Source: Octopus vulgaris (lineage: Eukaryota). From it: DNA of 64,000 nt. The notes below the pieces were generated by a model. That model searched no databases. It saw nothing but the letters and a program-made list of their open reading frames with translations, and was not told the origin of the DNA. The stretch lies in the NCBI GenBank assembly GCA_951406725.2, contig OX597818.1, forward strand, positions 78,182,001 through 78,246,000, read 5' to 3'. A program made the translations under genes and the position numbers. Of the stretch, positions 51,345 to 64,000 are shown in pieces (positions within the stretch are counted from its first letter, which is position 1; the number at the start of each line of letters is the position of its first letter).

Positions 51345-54135
51345 CTAAAATAAAAAAAAAATTGCAAGGAAAGTGAGAGAAAATAAGAATCAATACTGTT
51401 GATGTCATAAATATTTAGAAACACAAAAACTGTGAAATAACTTTTTTTTTGGAACAGTGAATTTTGAAGAAGATAAATTTATAAATAATAATGTTTATGC
51501 TAATTTTTATAACTTTATCTGCTTTGAGATTTACTATTCTAAAAAAAGAATCAATATATCACTGTTATTATCATTATAAGTTTGGATCAGGAGAATCATC
51601 GGTGTATTGGCTAAAATAACTAGGTATGTAGTAGCTCTTCTAGTTCATTTCATTCTGGTTTTAAATTCTGTAGCATTTCATCCCTCAATGACTGATAAAA
51701 GAAAGGGTGGTCTATGTAGTGCAGTCATTTTATGGAAGCAGGCCGGCAGAATCATTAGTGCACCAGACAGAATGCTTAGCTCTTTACATGCTATGTTCTA
51801 ATTCTGCTAAAGTTACTTTTGCCTTTCATCCTTTTGGGGCCAATAAAATACATACCAGTTGGACAGTGAATTCAATATAATTGACTTATCCCTCCCCTAA
51901 AATTAATGGCTTTGTGCCAAAATTTAAAACCATTATTATTATTATTGAGTGAGAGTGCAGTATATGCCATCAAAATGAGACTGGGGTATATAAATACCCA
52001 TCATGACTACCTGTCTGATAAGGGTACACCAGGCACATGCATCACAACCATATGTGCACGACATGGTGGTCTTATATCAAGTTAAACAGCACTTGACTTT
52101 GCAGGTGGAACTCAGTTAGAATTTTCTTACGGTCAAGTAGCCCATCATGCTCAGAAGGTCCCTGAATAAAATTTTGTTTAAGGATGAAGAAAGAAACACC
52201 TGTTTCCAGAGGAGAATTATTCACACCACAAAGATGCTCCCCCAGAGATGCACAAATCATCAACCACTAAGGGACATGCTCAACTGGTTGTGGTCAAGCA
52301 ACTGACAAACAAATCTGTGGCATTGGGCAGATTATTATCATTATACCTGACTTGCCATTCATCCTTGCAGAGTCAATAAAATAAGTACCAGCTGAATTCT
52401 TGGGCTGATGTAATCGACTTCTCTCATAACCAAAATTGCTGGCCTTGTATTAAAATTTGAAATCAATATCTTTTGCAAGGTGGCAAGCTGGCAGAATCAA
52501 ATGTAAAGATGGGCAAAATGCCGCTAAGAATTTTGTCTATCTTTACATTCTGAGTTCAAATTCTGCCATAGTTGACTTTGCCTTTCATCCTTTCAGGGTC
52601 GATGAAATAAGTAGTGCTTGTGCCTATAGTAGAAAGGATTATTATTATTATTATTATTATTATTAAGGTGGTGAGCAGGCAAAATCATTACTGCACTGAC
52701 AAAATGCTTAACAGCATTTCTTCTGGCGTTTTTATATTTTAGTTCAAATGCTGTTGAAGTTGGCTTTGCTTTGGATCCTTTTGGGGTTGCAAATATAAGT
52801 ATCAGTTGAGCAATAGGGTTGATGTAATTGACTAACTTCTTCTCACAAAATTTCAAGCCCTGAACCAGTGGTAAAAACAACAACAATTATTATTATTAGT
52901 CAAATTATAGAGTACTGGATCAATCAAAATATTTTGTGGGATTTAGTTTAGATCCTTTATGTTCTGAGTTCAAATACAACTGGAATCAACTTTACTTTTC
53001 ATTTGACAGAGGTTGATAAAATAAAATATCAGTAAAGTGATTAGGACAGTGAATGGTATAATCAGTAAAGCACCAGATATAAAATATATAGTAGCATTTT
53101 TTTAATGCTGCTTTAGATCTGGAGTTCAAAATCTAATCAGAGCCAACTTTCCATTCATCAAGTCAGAATGCAGATGACAGACAGGCCATAAGGGATATCA
53201 ACATTTTTTTTATTTACCTTGCTATAAATAGCAGCCAAATCTCCCTTATATTAACATTCCTCAGTTGAATCAAGTGACCTTGATTTGTATCTCTCCTCCT
53301 GCTCTTCCATCAGGCTGGGTAACTATGTATCTTCTTTACTGCAGCACACCTGTTTTTGTCTTTATTCTCTCTCTCTCTCTCTCTCTGGCTGGGTAACCCT
53401 GTACCTCCCTTACAGCAAGACACTTGCTTCTGTCGCTGTCTCACTATAACTTTTCATCATCTGACACAAGATCGCCTCCTCCAATGCTCCCTTCCTTTTG
53501 AAAGGATCTTTGTCTTGCAAGTTACTTGGTAACCCTGCTAGTGCCGGTGTCACTTAAAAAGCATCCAGTCAACACTGTGAAGTGGTTGGCATTTGGAAGG
53601 GCATCCAGCTGTAAAAACTATGCCAAAACTGACTTCACATGTGCTTGTGCTACTTAAAATGCAGCCAGTCCACTTTGGTGGTTGGTTGGTGTTAGGAAGG
53701 GCATCCAGCTGTAAAAAACCCACCAAAACAGCCTGGCCAGCTCATATCAAACTGTACCAACCCATGCTAGCATGGAAGGCAGATGTTAAATGATGATGAT
53801 GATGACTTGTCTAAATGAAATAGGTGAAAAATAATGTGAATAAATAAGCATTACATTTGACAGAATAATTTGATTGTTAAAGGGTTAATACTACTATTGG
53901 TAAGAAAAAGTGGCTTTCCTTGAAGTGGGAGCCAGCCTATTGCAAAGTTAACTTCCCAGTTATTGCTGAAATCTATTTACAGCTGAGTAGAGTGCAGTAA
54001 CGTGAAATGAAGAGTTTTGCTCAAGAATACAATATGTCATCTGGCCCAGGAACTGAAACTATGACCGTACAACTGTGTGTGCAACACCTTAATCGTTCGG
54101 CCATGTACCTTCAATATAACTAAAAAGTGCGTGTG

Positions 54136-54326
54136 TGTGTGCTGAAAAGTTCCTGGCTTTGATTAAGAAAAAATATAGGAGGATCAGTTAACTATAATTT
54201 TATTTAACATATTCCCCTCTCAGATTCACTTTTTTTAAGCCCTGTAAAAGGGCTCGGAAGGTTGGGCCTCCAACCAGGCCTTTCACAATATCCTTAAAAC
54301 CAGGAACTTTTCAGCACCTCTTCATA
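54136..54326. mobile_element. Mariner-like MITE; truncated second copy at about 32866-33056 near the POLR1F 3' end
   Basis: TIR GTGCTGAAAAGTTCCTGG / CCAGGAACTTTTCAGCAC. The internal sequence is shared between the two copies. Confidence 0.7.
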
Positions 54327-56107
54327 TACAATGATTGTTTCATCTAGACAAGACAGAGATGCAAATCAAAGTCACTTGATGTCACTGTAGAATGTTAATA
54401 TAAGGGAGATTTGGTTGCTATTTATAGCAAAATAATTAAAAAGAAATCATGTTGATACACCTTATTAATGGCCTGAATATGTTATGTGCATTCTGACTTA
54501 GTTCACACAAGGCCACTGCCATCACTAATTAACACTCACCAACAACAGAAACATGTCTGAGAGAATTAAAAGATAATTTGATGATGATCATCATAACGAA
54601 GATGATGATGTTGATGTTCTACATTCAAGATATGTAAAAGAAAAGGGGACAAATATAGCTATAAGGAAAACATTTTCACTTTGTAACTATTTTCATTTTA
54701 CTGTGAGACACTTTGGTCAAATGTTTTTCTAATACGGCCGCAGATTAGCTAAAAACCTTGTGTTGATTTTAGAAGGTAACTGCATGGAAGCCTGTGAAAG
54801 GGCCATATTCTTTCCTTTTTTTGTTCTTGGTTGATAGATTTAATCTGTTGCCATTTTAGCAATATCACATAAAAAGTATCCAGTACACTGTAAAGCAGTT
54901 GGTGCTAAGAAGAGCATATAGCAGTAGAAACCATGGCAATGCAGAAATTGATGCTTGGCGAGGTCCTCTAACTTACCAGTTCTTGTTTAACCTAATTCTT
55001 GCCAGTATGGAAAATAGCCTCACTGATCTAACTCACCTAACCCTTGAGTATCCATCTGAGTATAAATAATTAATTTCCTCCTACCAGTCTCAGAGGCTCT
55101 GAAAAGTGATCATAGGGCCGCACTCACTCCCTTTCTTCCACTAAGCATTCCTACCTCAAAACCCCAATAAAAAACTGAGGTGTTATATCAGTGGTGATTT
55201 GGTAGAGATGTAAGGGTGTTGGATAGATTGTCTAATAGTATTCCTTCTTCACTCTGAGTTTAAATATTTTGAGGTTGACCTCACCTTTCCTCCTTTGGCT
55301 GTGGTGGAGAGACAATAAACAAAGTACCAGTCATGCACTGGTGCTATTTCTTCCCATTCTTTCTCTGTCTTCCTCTCTCTTTCCAGAAATTATTGGTTGT
55401 AGTCAGACATGGATAATGATGATCTTTGTCAGGTCTAAAAATGTACAAGACACTGTGACACTTTGGGCAAGTTTCTTCTACTGTAACTCCAGGCTAACCA
55501 AAACCTTGTGAGTGGATTTGGTAGATGGAAACTATGTGTGTGTGTGTAAAATGCGCCTGTGCTGGTACCATGTAAAAAGCATCCAGCATGTTCTCTAAAG
55601 CGGTTGGCTTTAGGAAGAGCATCCAGCCAAATCAGACACAAACCTAGTGTAGCTGGCCAGCTCTGGTCAAACTGTCCAGTTCATGCCAGCATGGAAAACA
55701 GACAATAAAAGGATGATGATGATTCATACACACACATATACACATAAATACAAACATACATATATATATATATATGTGTGTGTGTATAAGCGTGAGCATG
55801 GAGAGGTGTGTGTGTGCATACTACTAGTTCCTTGTTTTGATATGAGATGATCGTTGTAAATGGGTATCGCATTCAAACAAGCTGTGTTGTTTGGTTCCAA
55901 TTTACATGGGGTAACATAAACTTACTTGGAAATGGATGATGGTAGGTGACAAGAAAAGCATCCAGCTGTAGAAAACCTGCCTCAATAAATTCTACCTGAT
56001 CCATGCAAGCATGGAATATTGAATATTAAAACAATAAATGATGATGATGATGATGATGAATAGGTTGAAGATTTGGTTGGACAAGAAAAAGTAGGATGAA
56101 ATCTTAC

Positions 56108-56336
56108 CTCAGTAACATCCATTTTAAGAAATTTCATCTCAGGACGGTGTGTTTGATTTTTGTCGAGCATTTGTTTGATAACAACAGAGCTGGTATCAAT
56201 GTTTATTATTTGTTTAAAACCTGCATCAAACATGTCTGCACTTAGCTGTGAGTTACCACAACCTACCATTAACACTTTATCTGTGGTTTTCACATATTTG
56301 CACAATACTGAGCAGAGGTCAGTGAATTCACCATAC
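56108..56336 (-). CDS. METTL13: METTL13 exon 2
   Basis: (W)YGEFTDLC...VLMVGCGNSQLSADM...IDTS...MDVTE; SAM-binding motif I. AG/GT boundaries. Confidence 0.95.
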
Positions 56337-56711
56337 CTTTTGGAAAGACAAGAAAGCAAAATTAGATGCAAGGAGATTCTTAAGAATATCAAAAGGAACA
56401 TAATACAATCCCATTTTAGAGTGAATTTATGTCTTATAGAAAAGAACAACCATCTCCTAACAATTATGGCATATTAATCTGGGAGTTTTTCACAGTATTA
56501 TTAGAATCAACTAACTGCTTGCTCTAGTGTCTGTACGTGGTGTTAATCTGATATCTCTTACTTCTCTCAGTCATTAGACTGTGGCCATACTGGGGCACAT
56601 CCTTGAAGAATTTTTTAGTTGAATTAACCACAGTACTAATTTTTTAAAGCATGCCTTTGTTCCAATTAAAGAAACAATAAAGAATCTAGTATAATTACTT
56701 AGTCATTTATG

Positions 56712-56783
56712 TTCTGATGTCAGGAATTGAACCAGGGTCACCTGGGTGAAAACCATGTACTTAGTCATTATTAAGCTCATGTT
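56712..56783 (-). pseudogene. tRNA-Glu(TTC)-derived pseudogene
   Basis: Minus strand TGGTTTTCACCCAGGTGACCCTGGTTCAATTCCTGACATCAGAA closely resembles the 3' half of metazoan tRNA-Glu(TTC). Anticodon at 56750-56748. The 5' half is degenerate. Confidence 0.65.
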
Positions 56784-56793
56784 TGAAACTTAA

Positions 56794-57002
56794 CCCTTTA
56801 GTATTCAGATTTTTCTGTCAAACATAAAGCTTATTTATTCACATTGTTTTGAGTTAATTAGGCTTTATCTCATAGCTTTAAGAGTTTACTAATGTGATTG
56901 TTGCAGTTTGTAGGGTAGGTTTGAGAGATGAGATATGGTTGGTTTGAACATAAAACAGATAAGATATTTGGGTTGGATATGGCTAGTTTAAATACGAAAG
57001 GG
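56794..57002. mobile_element. piggyBac-like MITE (CCCTTTAG family)
   Basis: TTAA|CCCTTTAGTATT...AATACGAAAGGG|TTAA. Homologous to 8202-8406. Confidence 0.75.
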
Positions 57003-57135
57003 TTAAATTAACATGAAACTATGATGGAAGCTTTTAATTTTGATCACTTCAAAACAGGAAGTTTTTATCATGGAACCAGGTATAGTTTCAGACAGACTGA
57101 AAAGGTTGAACAAATATCAAGATTAGTTTTCTTAC

Positions 57136-57227
57136 CATTCAAAAGGTTTCAGACCACGAGTTTTGAAAAATCGGTCCCAGTAGGCATTGGAGCGGAAGTC
57201 TCGAGTATGATGAGGAAGCAAGTCCAT
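57136..57227 (-). CDS. METTL13: METTL13 (eEF1A lysine and N-terminal methyltransferase) coding exon 1
   Basis: Not in the ORF track. Translates MDLLPHHTRDFRSNAYWDRFFKTRGLKPFE(W), the characteristic METTL13 N-terminus. Ends TG|GTAAG. Confidence 0.92.
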
Positions 57228-59232
57228 TATAATAAATTAAATTGATTTCAGGTGAGGACTTAACTAAAATTACTGAAAGAAGAGAGAAAATATAGTAGAA
57301 GACCAACAAAGTAGATATCAAATTTTTTTAGAATATAATCACAGCAGTCTATATCTTTATAACTACACAGAGATAGATTTATTATCCTTCATAAATTAGA
57401 TATACTGGCTTTAGATTGTTTTGGTCATCAGGCCATGTTGGCCAAGATCAAATGCGTGCATCAATATGGAGAGAGGGGGGGGAGACACATTAGCAAAGTG
57501 TTAAAGAAAGTAAAACTTAGATATATCAACTTCTATGTTTGTATTTTCAAGGCTGATGAGTTGAAAAGGGGTATACACACATGCAAAAATGAAATATTCA
57601 ATGGATTTCATTATTGACTGATGCCATACTGGAGCAAAACCATTGATTATAAAGAAGCACTCTAGTGAGGCATGAAATCATGACCCTTGGTTTACAAAAA
57701 CTCTGCTTTAACTGCTGAGCTTATAAATGGATATGGTGATGCAAACAGGAAAAATAGAATTCAAAATATGAGTATATGTATATTTTTATTAATATTAAGC
57801 AGAAACAACAGAGTGACTCAAGGGCTGAGTGTTTTATGCATTGGCATTTATCAAACTTATATCATACATATATGTTGATTATAACAATTGAAAGAGTACT
57901 TTCAATACATGGTGTAGAGTATAATTATGTTTGACCAAGTGATACCTTCTGTTTCATGTTTGACCATGATTAATCAGGTCTCTGCAACATTTGATAGTCA
58001 TGATGGTCATTCCTATCATACACAGTTATAGTCAGTTGATTTTAGTTTATATCTATATCTATCTTATCATGTATATTTAACAGTATACTTATGACTTGGT
58101 CACTGATACTGTTCCACAGATATCCAGTGTACACAGTGAAGTACAATATCAATGACCAGAAAAGTATGTGGATTGTCTCCTCTTAGCAAAGTATGCGCAA
58201 TAGTGAAAGTATAAAAGTTAAGTAAACACATGGTTAGTGTTGAAAAGGTTTAAATTAAGTGTATTGTATAGCAGGATTACTGCAGTAATATAGCTTATCT
58301 TACATTATAGTCTAGTATCACACCACACTAAACAGACTCTCTTCGTGTTGGACGCCTAATAATTTTGCCTTTCCTGTTTTGTATTAACACCTTTTCTTTA
58401 CTTTCGCAAAATGTCAACCTACAAATGACAAATCATCTATATGGCTTTCAGACCTGCTAGAAATAGCAACCAACTTGCCCTTAACGAATGATTTAGGCCA
58501 ATATCCATCCTTGTTTTTAAACAGCTAAAAGAAAGATGTATACAAATAAATTATTGAAATAGCTTTTAAACATTTATAAGGTAAGTTATAGAAAATAATT
58601 TAAATGACACATATTTCCTAATAATTGATATCGGTTCATTAAAGTTGACAAGAAATAGTTACTTGATCAGCTACAAATAGCAGCCAAATCTTCCAATAAA
58701 ATGTAAAAGAACTGAAAGTTATGTCAAGCTTAAACGAAAGTGTAAAAAGAAGAAATATTTTGCCGAAAGCGAATTTATTGCAGGAGCTGCGAAACTTAGA
58801 TTAGCGTCCATCGCACATCATGACTCGACAAACTACTTATAGCAAATGGTATATGAAATGAATTTAGCATTTCTTCTTTTATTACAAACTATATTACTAT
58901 GGATATAATATTGAAGACTTGATTATTTCCGACAGAAAAATAAAATTTCCTCAAGTTAGTATCAATGTAACAAATGTTTTGCTAAATTATTTAAGCTTAT
59001 TTTAGGCAACAGAAAAATAAAAGCCCTACTAAGAATAAATAAAAATAATAATTATAATGATAATAGACAAAATTAATTTCAGCAGTTAATTCACAAATAC
59101 TTTAAGTTGAGGAAATTAATTTTATAAGCGATCGCTATCTCCGAATTTCGGGTTAGCTTGCTACATACATGTTCGTAAAGGCGGTCTACGGTAAATAATA
59201 TTGGATTAGATCAAGATTCAATAGAATGCAAA

Positions 59233-59279
<47 letters not shown>

Positions 59280-60439
59280 CTGTATATGTATGTATATTTA
59301 ACCTTAAATGGTTGACATGTCCCACCATGGGTCAGCATTTCCAGTAACGTTTGTTCTTTAATTTTAATTTAGAGAAGAGCTACACGTGCGTGTTGACAAC
59401 CAAGGGAGATAAACAACAATTTACAACTAGTAACTTGCTGGTGATTTCCCCTTTGATTGCTAGCTTCAGACTAGCAATCAAAGTTACCGTTACATCGTTG
59501 CACAGTATACGAATACCGACGGAAGGATCCAGGCAAACCAGGTGATTGAACGATTAATCAAGTGTTCGAATAATTAATTGGTTAGCTAAATGACAAATAA
59601 TAGCTTTTACAAATTTAGGTACAAGGGCAACAATTATGAGGAAATTAGTTAATCAATCGATGCTATCGAGCCCGTCAACCCCGAAGGGATGAAAAGATTT
59701 GAATCCCTAACGTAAAAAGCCATTAATAGCACAGCAAACGCGTATTTTTCAGACACTAACTCTGTACGTGTATATTTGATTTGCAAAACTGCTCATCGGT
59801 TTCAATACGCGGTTTTAAATCAATAATCTTAAAAAGTAAATTCCAAAACGAAATACGTTTCTATTAAAATGACTTGTTTATCAGTGTTGTTCTTGTTATT
59901 TAGTTCCAGATCAGTCATAATATTGACGTTTTGTAAAAGACAATCCACCCATGACCATCATAGGCTGCGTTTAATATATCTTTACTTATCTTTTCAAAGC
60001 TTTTAGAGTATGATTTCAGGGAGATTTTTGCGATATTTCTAACTGTTCGAGTGAGGATATAAAGGATCTCTCGTTGATTCGAGCAGTGTGTGATATGAGG
60101 GAGTGTGTAACTATTATTTCTAGCAAAAGGGGTGTCTGTGCAAAGGCTCTCTAGGGACTACAGCAGAAATATTTTAATCTTTCGGTTATTAGGTTTTTTT
60201 TTTTTAGTACCAAGCTGGTCTCTTCTCTTTAGTTGCCATATAAAGACATACGATGTCAGTGGATTTCAATTAATTTTGAAAATAATCGAAGATTGGGAGA
60301 GGTTAAATAAAATAACAATTACATCGTGAAAAACCGTTTTAGACATTAAAGACAGGCCGCTGTGGAACGACGAAAAATTTCCACTTTTACTTTGTAGTAG
60401 CTGAATACGAAGGAAGGGGTAGTATTCACAGCCATTACA

Positions 60440-60740
60440 GTGTTCTCTGAGACACGAGTTCTGGGAATTCCAGAGGGGCGGTGTTCTGGGAAAGAAGGGA
60501 TAGGTATAAGGATAAGTGCGGGACCCGGTGGGGGTTGAACAAGTGAGAAGGAGAGACGAGTAGGGCAGGAATATTTGAGTGATGACCTGAGTCCAGTCAA
60601 CTCTGAGGAGCAGCGACCATTAAAGAAACAGTAGAAACATTTGAGGGAGAAGGCAGCATACGTCTGGGCCGGAGGCTGGAATGTATCCTTGAATGACTTC
60701 ATGCCAATCGGTCTGGTAGTATTTTCTTGATGCGATTTAG
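60440..60740 (-). mobile_element. CR1/Jockey-like LINE 3' remnant
   Basis: FQP....SLKCFY..FNGRCSSEL, followed in another frame by a SFFPRT...WNS-like segment typical of LINE ORF2 C-termini. Confidence 0.55.
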
Positions 60741-61879
60741 GATGTCTGTGAAGGCCTATGTTCTTCGGTGTTGGCTGGTCTTGTGTCTTCTCCTTCTCTC
60801 GTTACTCTTGTTGCGTTCACCCCACCAAGCACCACACTGATCACTTATCCGAGTCCATTCTCCTTGGAACATCACCTCTCTAAAATATCCTCCCCACTCA
60901 TGTCATTCCTGTAGATGTCGCCTCGCAATAGTTTAAACAGAATATTAATAGCATCGAAACTAACAGGTCACGAAGTACTTACAAACTTCACGGTAAATTG
61001 TTCCTTCCTTTATATCCAAAAGCAACAACTACAACAACAAGCATCAGCCCTCCATTGGGGGCATCACCCCAGCTTCGGAGTGTCAATAATAGTTGGAGAC
61101 TAAAACACCTTCTGGCCGTGAAGGGAAAGGATAGAAGTTGAAATGTGGTCATAGCAATTTAAGGATGTGCTTTCGCCAGAAATTCTTGATGATATTGAGG
61201 TCCTCTGGTCGCGTGCTGCTCATGTTTAAGGGAAGTGAGATGTAATGATGTTTACTCGATATGAGTAGTGCCTGTGTTTGCTTGCTGTTCAAGAGACAAT
61301 ACTAGTAAATCCTCATTAGAAGATGGTTTCAAAGTCGCTGTCAATGGTGTCAGTACGAGTTTAGGAATAATGTCTAATTTGCGTATGGAAGTTACATGGT
61401 TAAATATGGTTAGGAAAGAACGAAGGGTTGTATCATTATTATTTTCAAATTTTGGCACAAGACCATCAAGTTCGGGGGTAGGGTTAAGTCGATTACATCG
61501 ATCCCAATGCCCAACTAGCATTTATTGACCCTGAAAGGATGAAAGACAAAGTCGATCTTGGCTGAATTTGAACTCAGAACGTAAGGACGGACGAAATGCC
61601 GCTAAGCATTTTGCTCGGCGCGCTAACGATTCTGCCAGTTCATTGCCTTTAGTCGAAAGAAAATACTAATTTTATCAAAGGCGGTTATTTGGCAGAATCG
61701 TTAACGCTTCGGACAAAATGTTTTGCATTAAATTTTCTGGCTCTTAAATTCCACTGAGGCCAACCTAAACTTTCATTTCCGCATTTTACTTCTCGATTTT
61801 ACTTGTTGCGGTTAATTCTGTAAGAGCGGGCAGCAACCTGTTGCCAAATGTTGCCAAAGATCTCACAAGGTCTCTTTCC

Positions 61880-62760
61880 ACGATAATTAACACCGAAGCG
61901 CTAATCTCAAAATCCACGCTGTCTCCAAAAGAGCAATTTTCTGAACATGTTCTACCCTCACGTCAATATCAATTTCTCAAGCCTGGTTGTTCGTGCTCCC
62001 AATGCCCCTACAACTACTGGGATGATAGTTACTCTCTTCATTGCCCACATTCGCAGAATTTCGTCTTTTAGTAGCTTGTATTTTTCATTAATTTCCAGCT
62101 CTTTATCACCCATGTGTGCGTCTCAAGGTATGGCAATATCTATGATTTTTAAGGCGGCGAGCTGGCAGAAACGTTAGTACGCCGGGCGAAATGCTTAGCA
62201 GTATTTCGTCTGTCGCATCGTTCTGAGTTCAAATTCCGCCGAAGTCGACTTTGCCTTTCATCCTTTCGGGGTCGATTAAATAAGTACCAGTTACGCACTG
62301 GGGTCGATATAATCGACTTAATCCGTTTGCCTGTCCTTGTTTGTCCTCTCTGTGTTTAGCCCCTTGTGGGTAGTAAAGAAATAGGTATTTCGTCTGTCTT
62401 TGCGTTCTGAGTTCAAATTCCGCCGATGTCGACTTTACCTTTTATCCTTTCGGGGGCGATAAATTGAGAACCAGTTGCGATCTAATCGGCTGGCTCTTTC
62501 CCCCAAAATTTCGGGCCATGTGCCTAGAGTAGAAAAGAATATCTATGATCTTTGTTTCTTTATTTCTTTTATCCATTACAACGTCTGGCCTCTGAGCGTC
62601 AATCACTGAATCATTCTGGATTGTAAAATCTCATAAAATCTTATAATCATTGTTCTCGGTGGCGCCTTTTGGTTCATGTTCGTACCACATCCGTATTCTT
62701 TCAAGACTGTACTTCTTACACAATTTCCAGTGAACAAACTTAACCACGTTATCGTGCTTT
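61880..62760 (-). mobile_element. R4/Dong-clade non-LTR retrotransposon 3' remnant (restriction-like endonuclease), split by a SINE
   Basis: KHDNVVKFVHWKLC...WYEHEP...KIL*DFTIQ...RPDVV...IIDIAIP*...EKYKLLK...IIPVVVGALG. The frame is continuous once 62147-62549 is removed. Confidence 0.85.
62147..62537 (+). mobile_element. Near-intact tRNA-derived SINE (family A) with a 12-bp TSD
   Basis: TSD AATATCTATGAT at 62135-62146 and 62538-62549. A-box-like TGGCAGAA, B-box GTTCAAATTCC, core GCCTTTCATCCTTTCGGGGTCGAT. Decayed copies at about 1020-1230, 6920-7128, 7225-7438, 9100-9276, 11135-11355, 12650-12840, 18395-18960, 27870-28070, 45555-45770, 49715-49912, 51740-51930, 52350-52880 and 61440-61650. 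Confidence 0.85.
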
Positions 62761-62774
62761 CGTCGTCGTTGTCG

Positions 62775-62820
<46 letters not shown>

Positions 62821-63134
62821 TATCATCATCATCATCATTTCGTTTTATGTTCTTTTGTTATTAAAATTTGATAAGCGTTTAAATGTTCTAATTGCTACTT
62901 AGATTTTAATTAATGTTGAATATTAGAAAATCTTTTGTTCTAAATATTATAGATTTAATCACACGCCTGGAACAATCATACAAAAGATCAAATAAATTGG
63001 AAATTTACCGTGAGACACGCCACTGCTTTGAACAGTTGTCCAGCTGGTTTATGGAGAAGAAGGATGAGTTTTTTCAGAACCTTATTGTCTTGTTTTTTCT
63101 TGATAGAGTTAACACTTTTAACGCGCTTCACTGT

Positions 63135-63696
63135 AAGAGGGTGAGTGAGTGAGAAAAAGGGAAACAAAGAAAGAGAGAGAGAGAGAGAGAGAAAGTGAGT
63201 GAGAGAGAGAGAGAAAAAGAGAGAGAGAGAGAGTTAATTGAGCGAGATAGAATGAGAGAGGTGGGAGAGAGTGGGAGAGAGAGCGAGAGAGAACGAGAGC
63301 AAAGAAGAGAGAGAGAGAGAGAGAGAGTGAGAGAGAGAGCAAGAGAGAGAGAGGAGGGCCAAAGAGGAGCGAGAGCGAGAAAGAGGCGAGCAAGAGGGAG
63401 AGTGAGGTGAGGGAGGGAAAAGAGGGCGAGAGAGTGTGTGTGAGAAAGAGGGAGCAAGAGAGAGAGAAGGGAGAGAGGAAGGAAGAGAGAAGACAATGAG
63501 AGTGAAAGCGAGTGAGATAGAGTAAGAGAGAGAGAGGGAGGAAAAGCGAGAGAAAGAGAGAGAGAGAGAGTGTGTGTGTGAGAGGGGAGCGAGAGGAGAT
63601 GAGCGTGACAAAGAGAGGAAGTGAGAGAGAGAGAGCTAGAGGGGAACGATAGAGGTAAAGGGAGAGAGGGCAGGAGAGAATATGTGTGCGTGTGTA

Positions 63697-63730
<34 letters not shown>

Positions 63731-63850
63731 TGTGTGTGTGTGTGTGTGTGTGCGTGCGTGTGTGTGTGCGTGCGTGTGTGTGTGCGTGCGTGTGTGTGTG
63801 CGTGTGTGTGTGTATTGTGTGTGTGTGTGTGTGAGAGAGAGGGAGAGTGT
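63135..63850. repeat. Purine-rich (GA)n low-complexity tract followed by (GT)n
   Basis: About 600 nt of mostly G/A on the plus strand, then (GT/GC)n. Confidence 0.9.
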
Positions 63851-64000
63851 TTGTAAAAGACAAAATATGTGTGTTTTGTGTTGACAGTAATATTTTGTCA
63901 TAAGCTTTGGCACTAGGCCAGTAATTTTTGGGAGAAAGAGTTAATCCATTACACAGATCTCAGTACTTGAGTGATATTTCATTTAATCGAACTTGAAAGA

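Noticed and set aside
63118-63913. ORFs of up to 261 aa rich in S/L or R/E
   Set aside because: Translations of (GA)n/(GT)n low-complexity DNA.

Overview
AT-rich, intron-containing animal genomic DNA. The repeat landscape (tRNA-derived SINEs, RTE LINE 3' ends, dense TA/TG/GA/AAT microsatellites) resembles an octopus/coleoid cephalopod; this assignment is an inference. Three complete multi-exon genes were reconstructed by hand with GT-AG junctions and consistent phases. They are H6PD (minus, 3 coding exons, 25007->14441, 784 aa), the RNA polymerase I subunit RPA43/POLR1F (plus, 3 exons, 26582->32644, 241 aa, head-to-head with H6PD) and METTL13/eEF1A-KNMT (minus, 13 exons, 57227->35324, 676 aa, tail-to-tail with POLR1F). 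The rest is mostly transposon-derived: a Chapaev3 remnant, piggyBac-, mariner-, Tigger- and Ginger-like non-autonomous elements, Tc1, RTE, R4/Dong and CR1/Jockey-like fragments, several SINE families, and a tRNA-Glu pseudogene. I found no clearly novel protein-coding system. The most interesting unexplained signals are: (1) numerous fold-back hairpins in or next to transcribed regions; (2) two minimal-hammerhead-like motifs suggestive of Penelope-type elements; (3) a young Ginger-like element carrying MRE/CRE motif repeats; (4) substitutions in conserved catalytic motifs of H6PD and METTL13; (5) a visible CpG-decay landscape.
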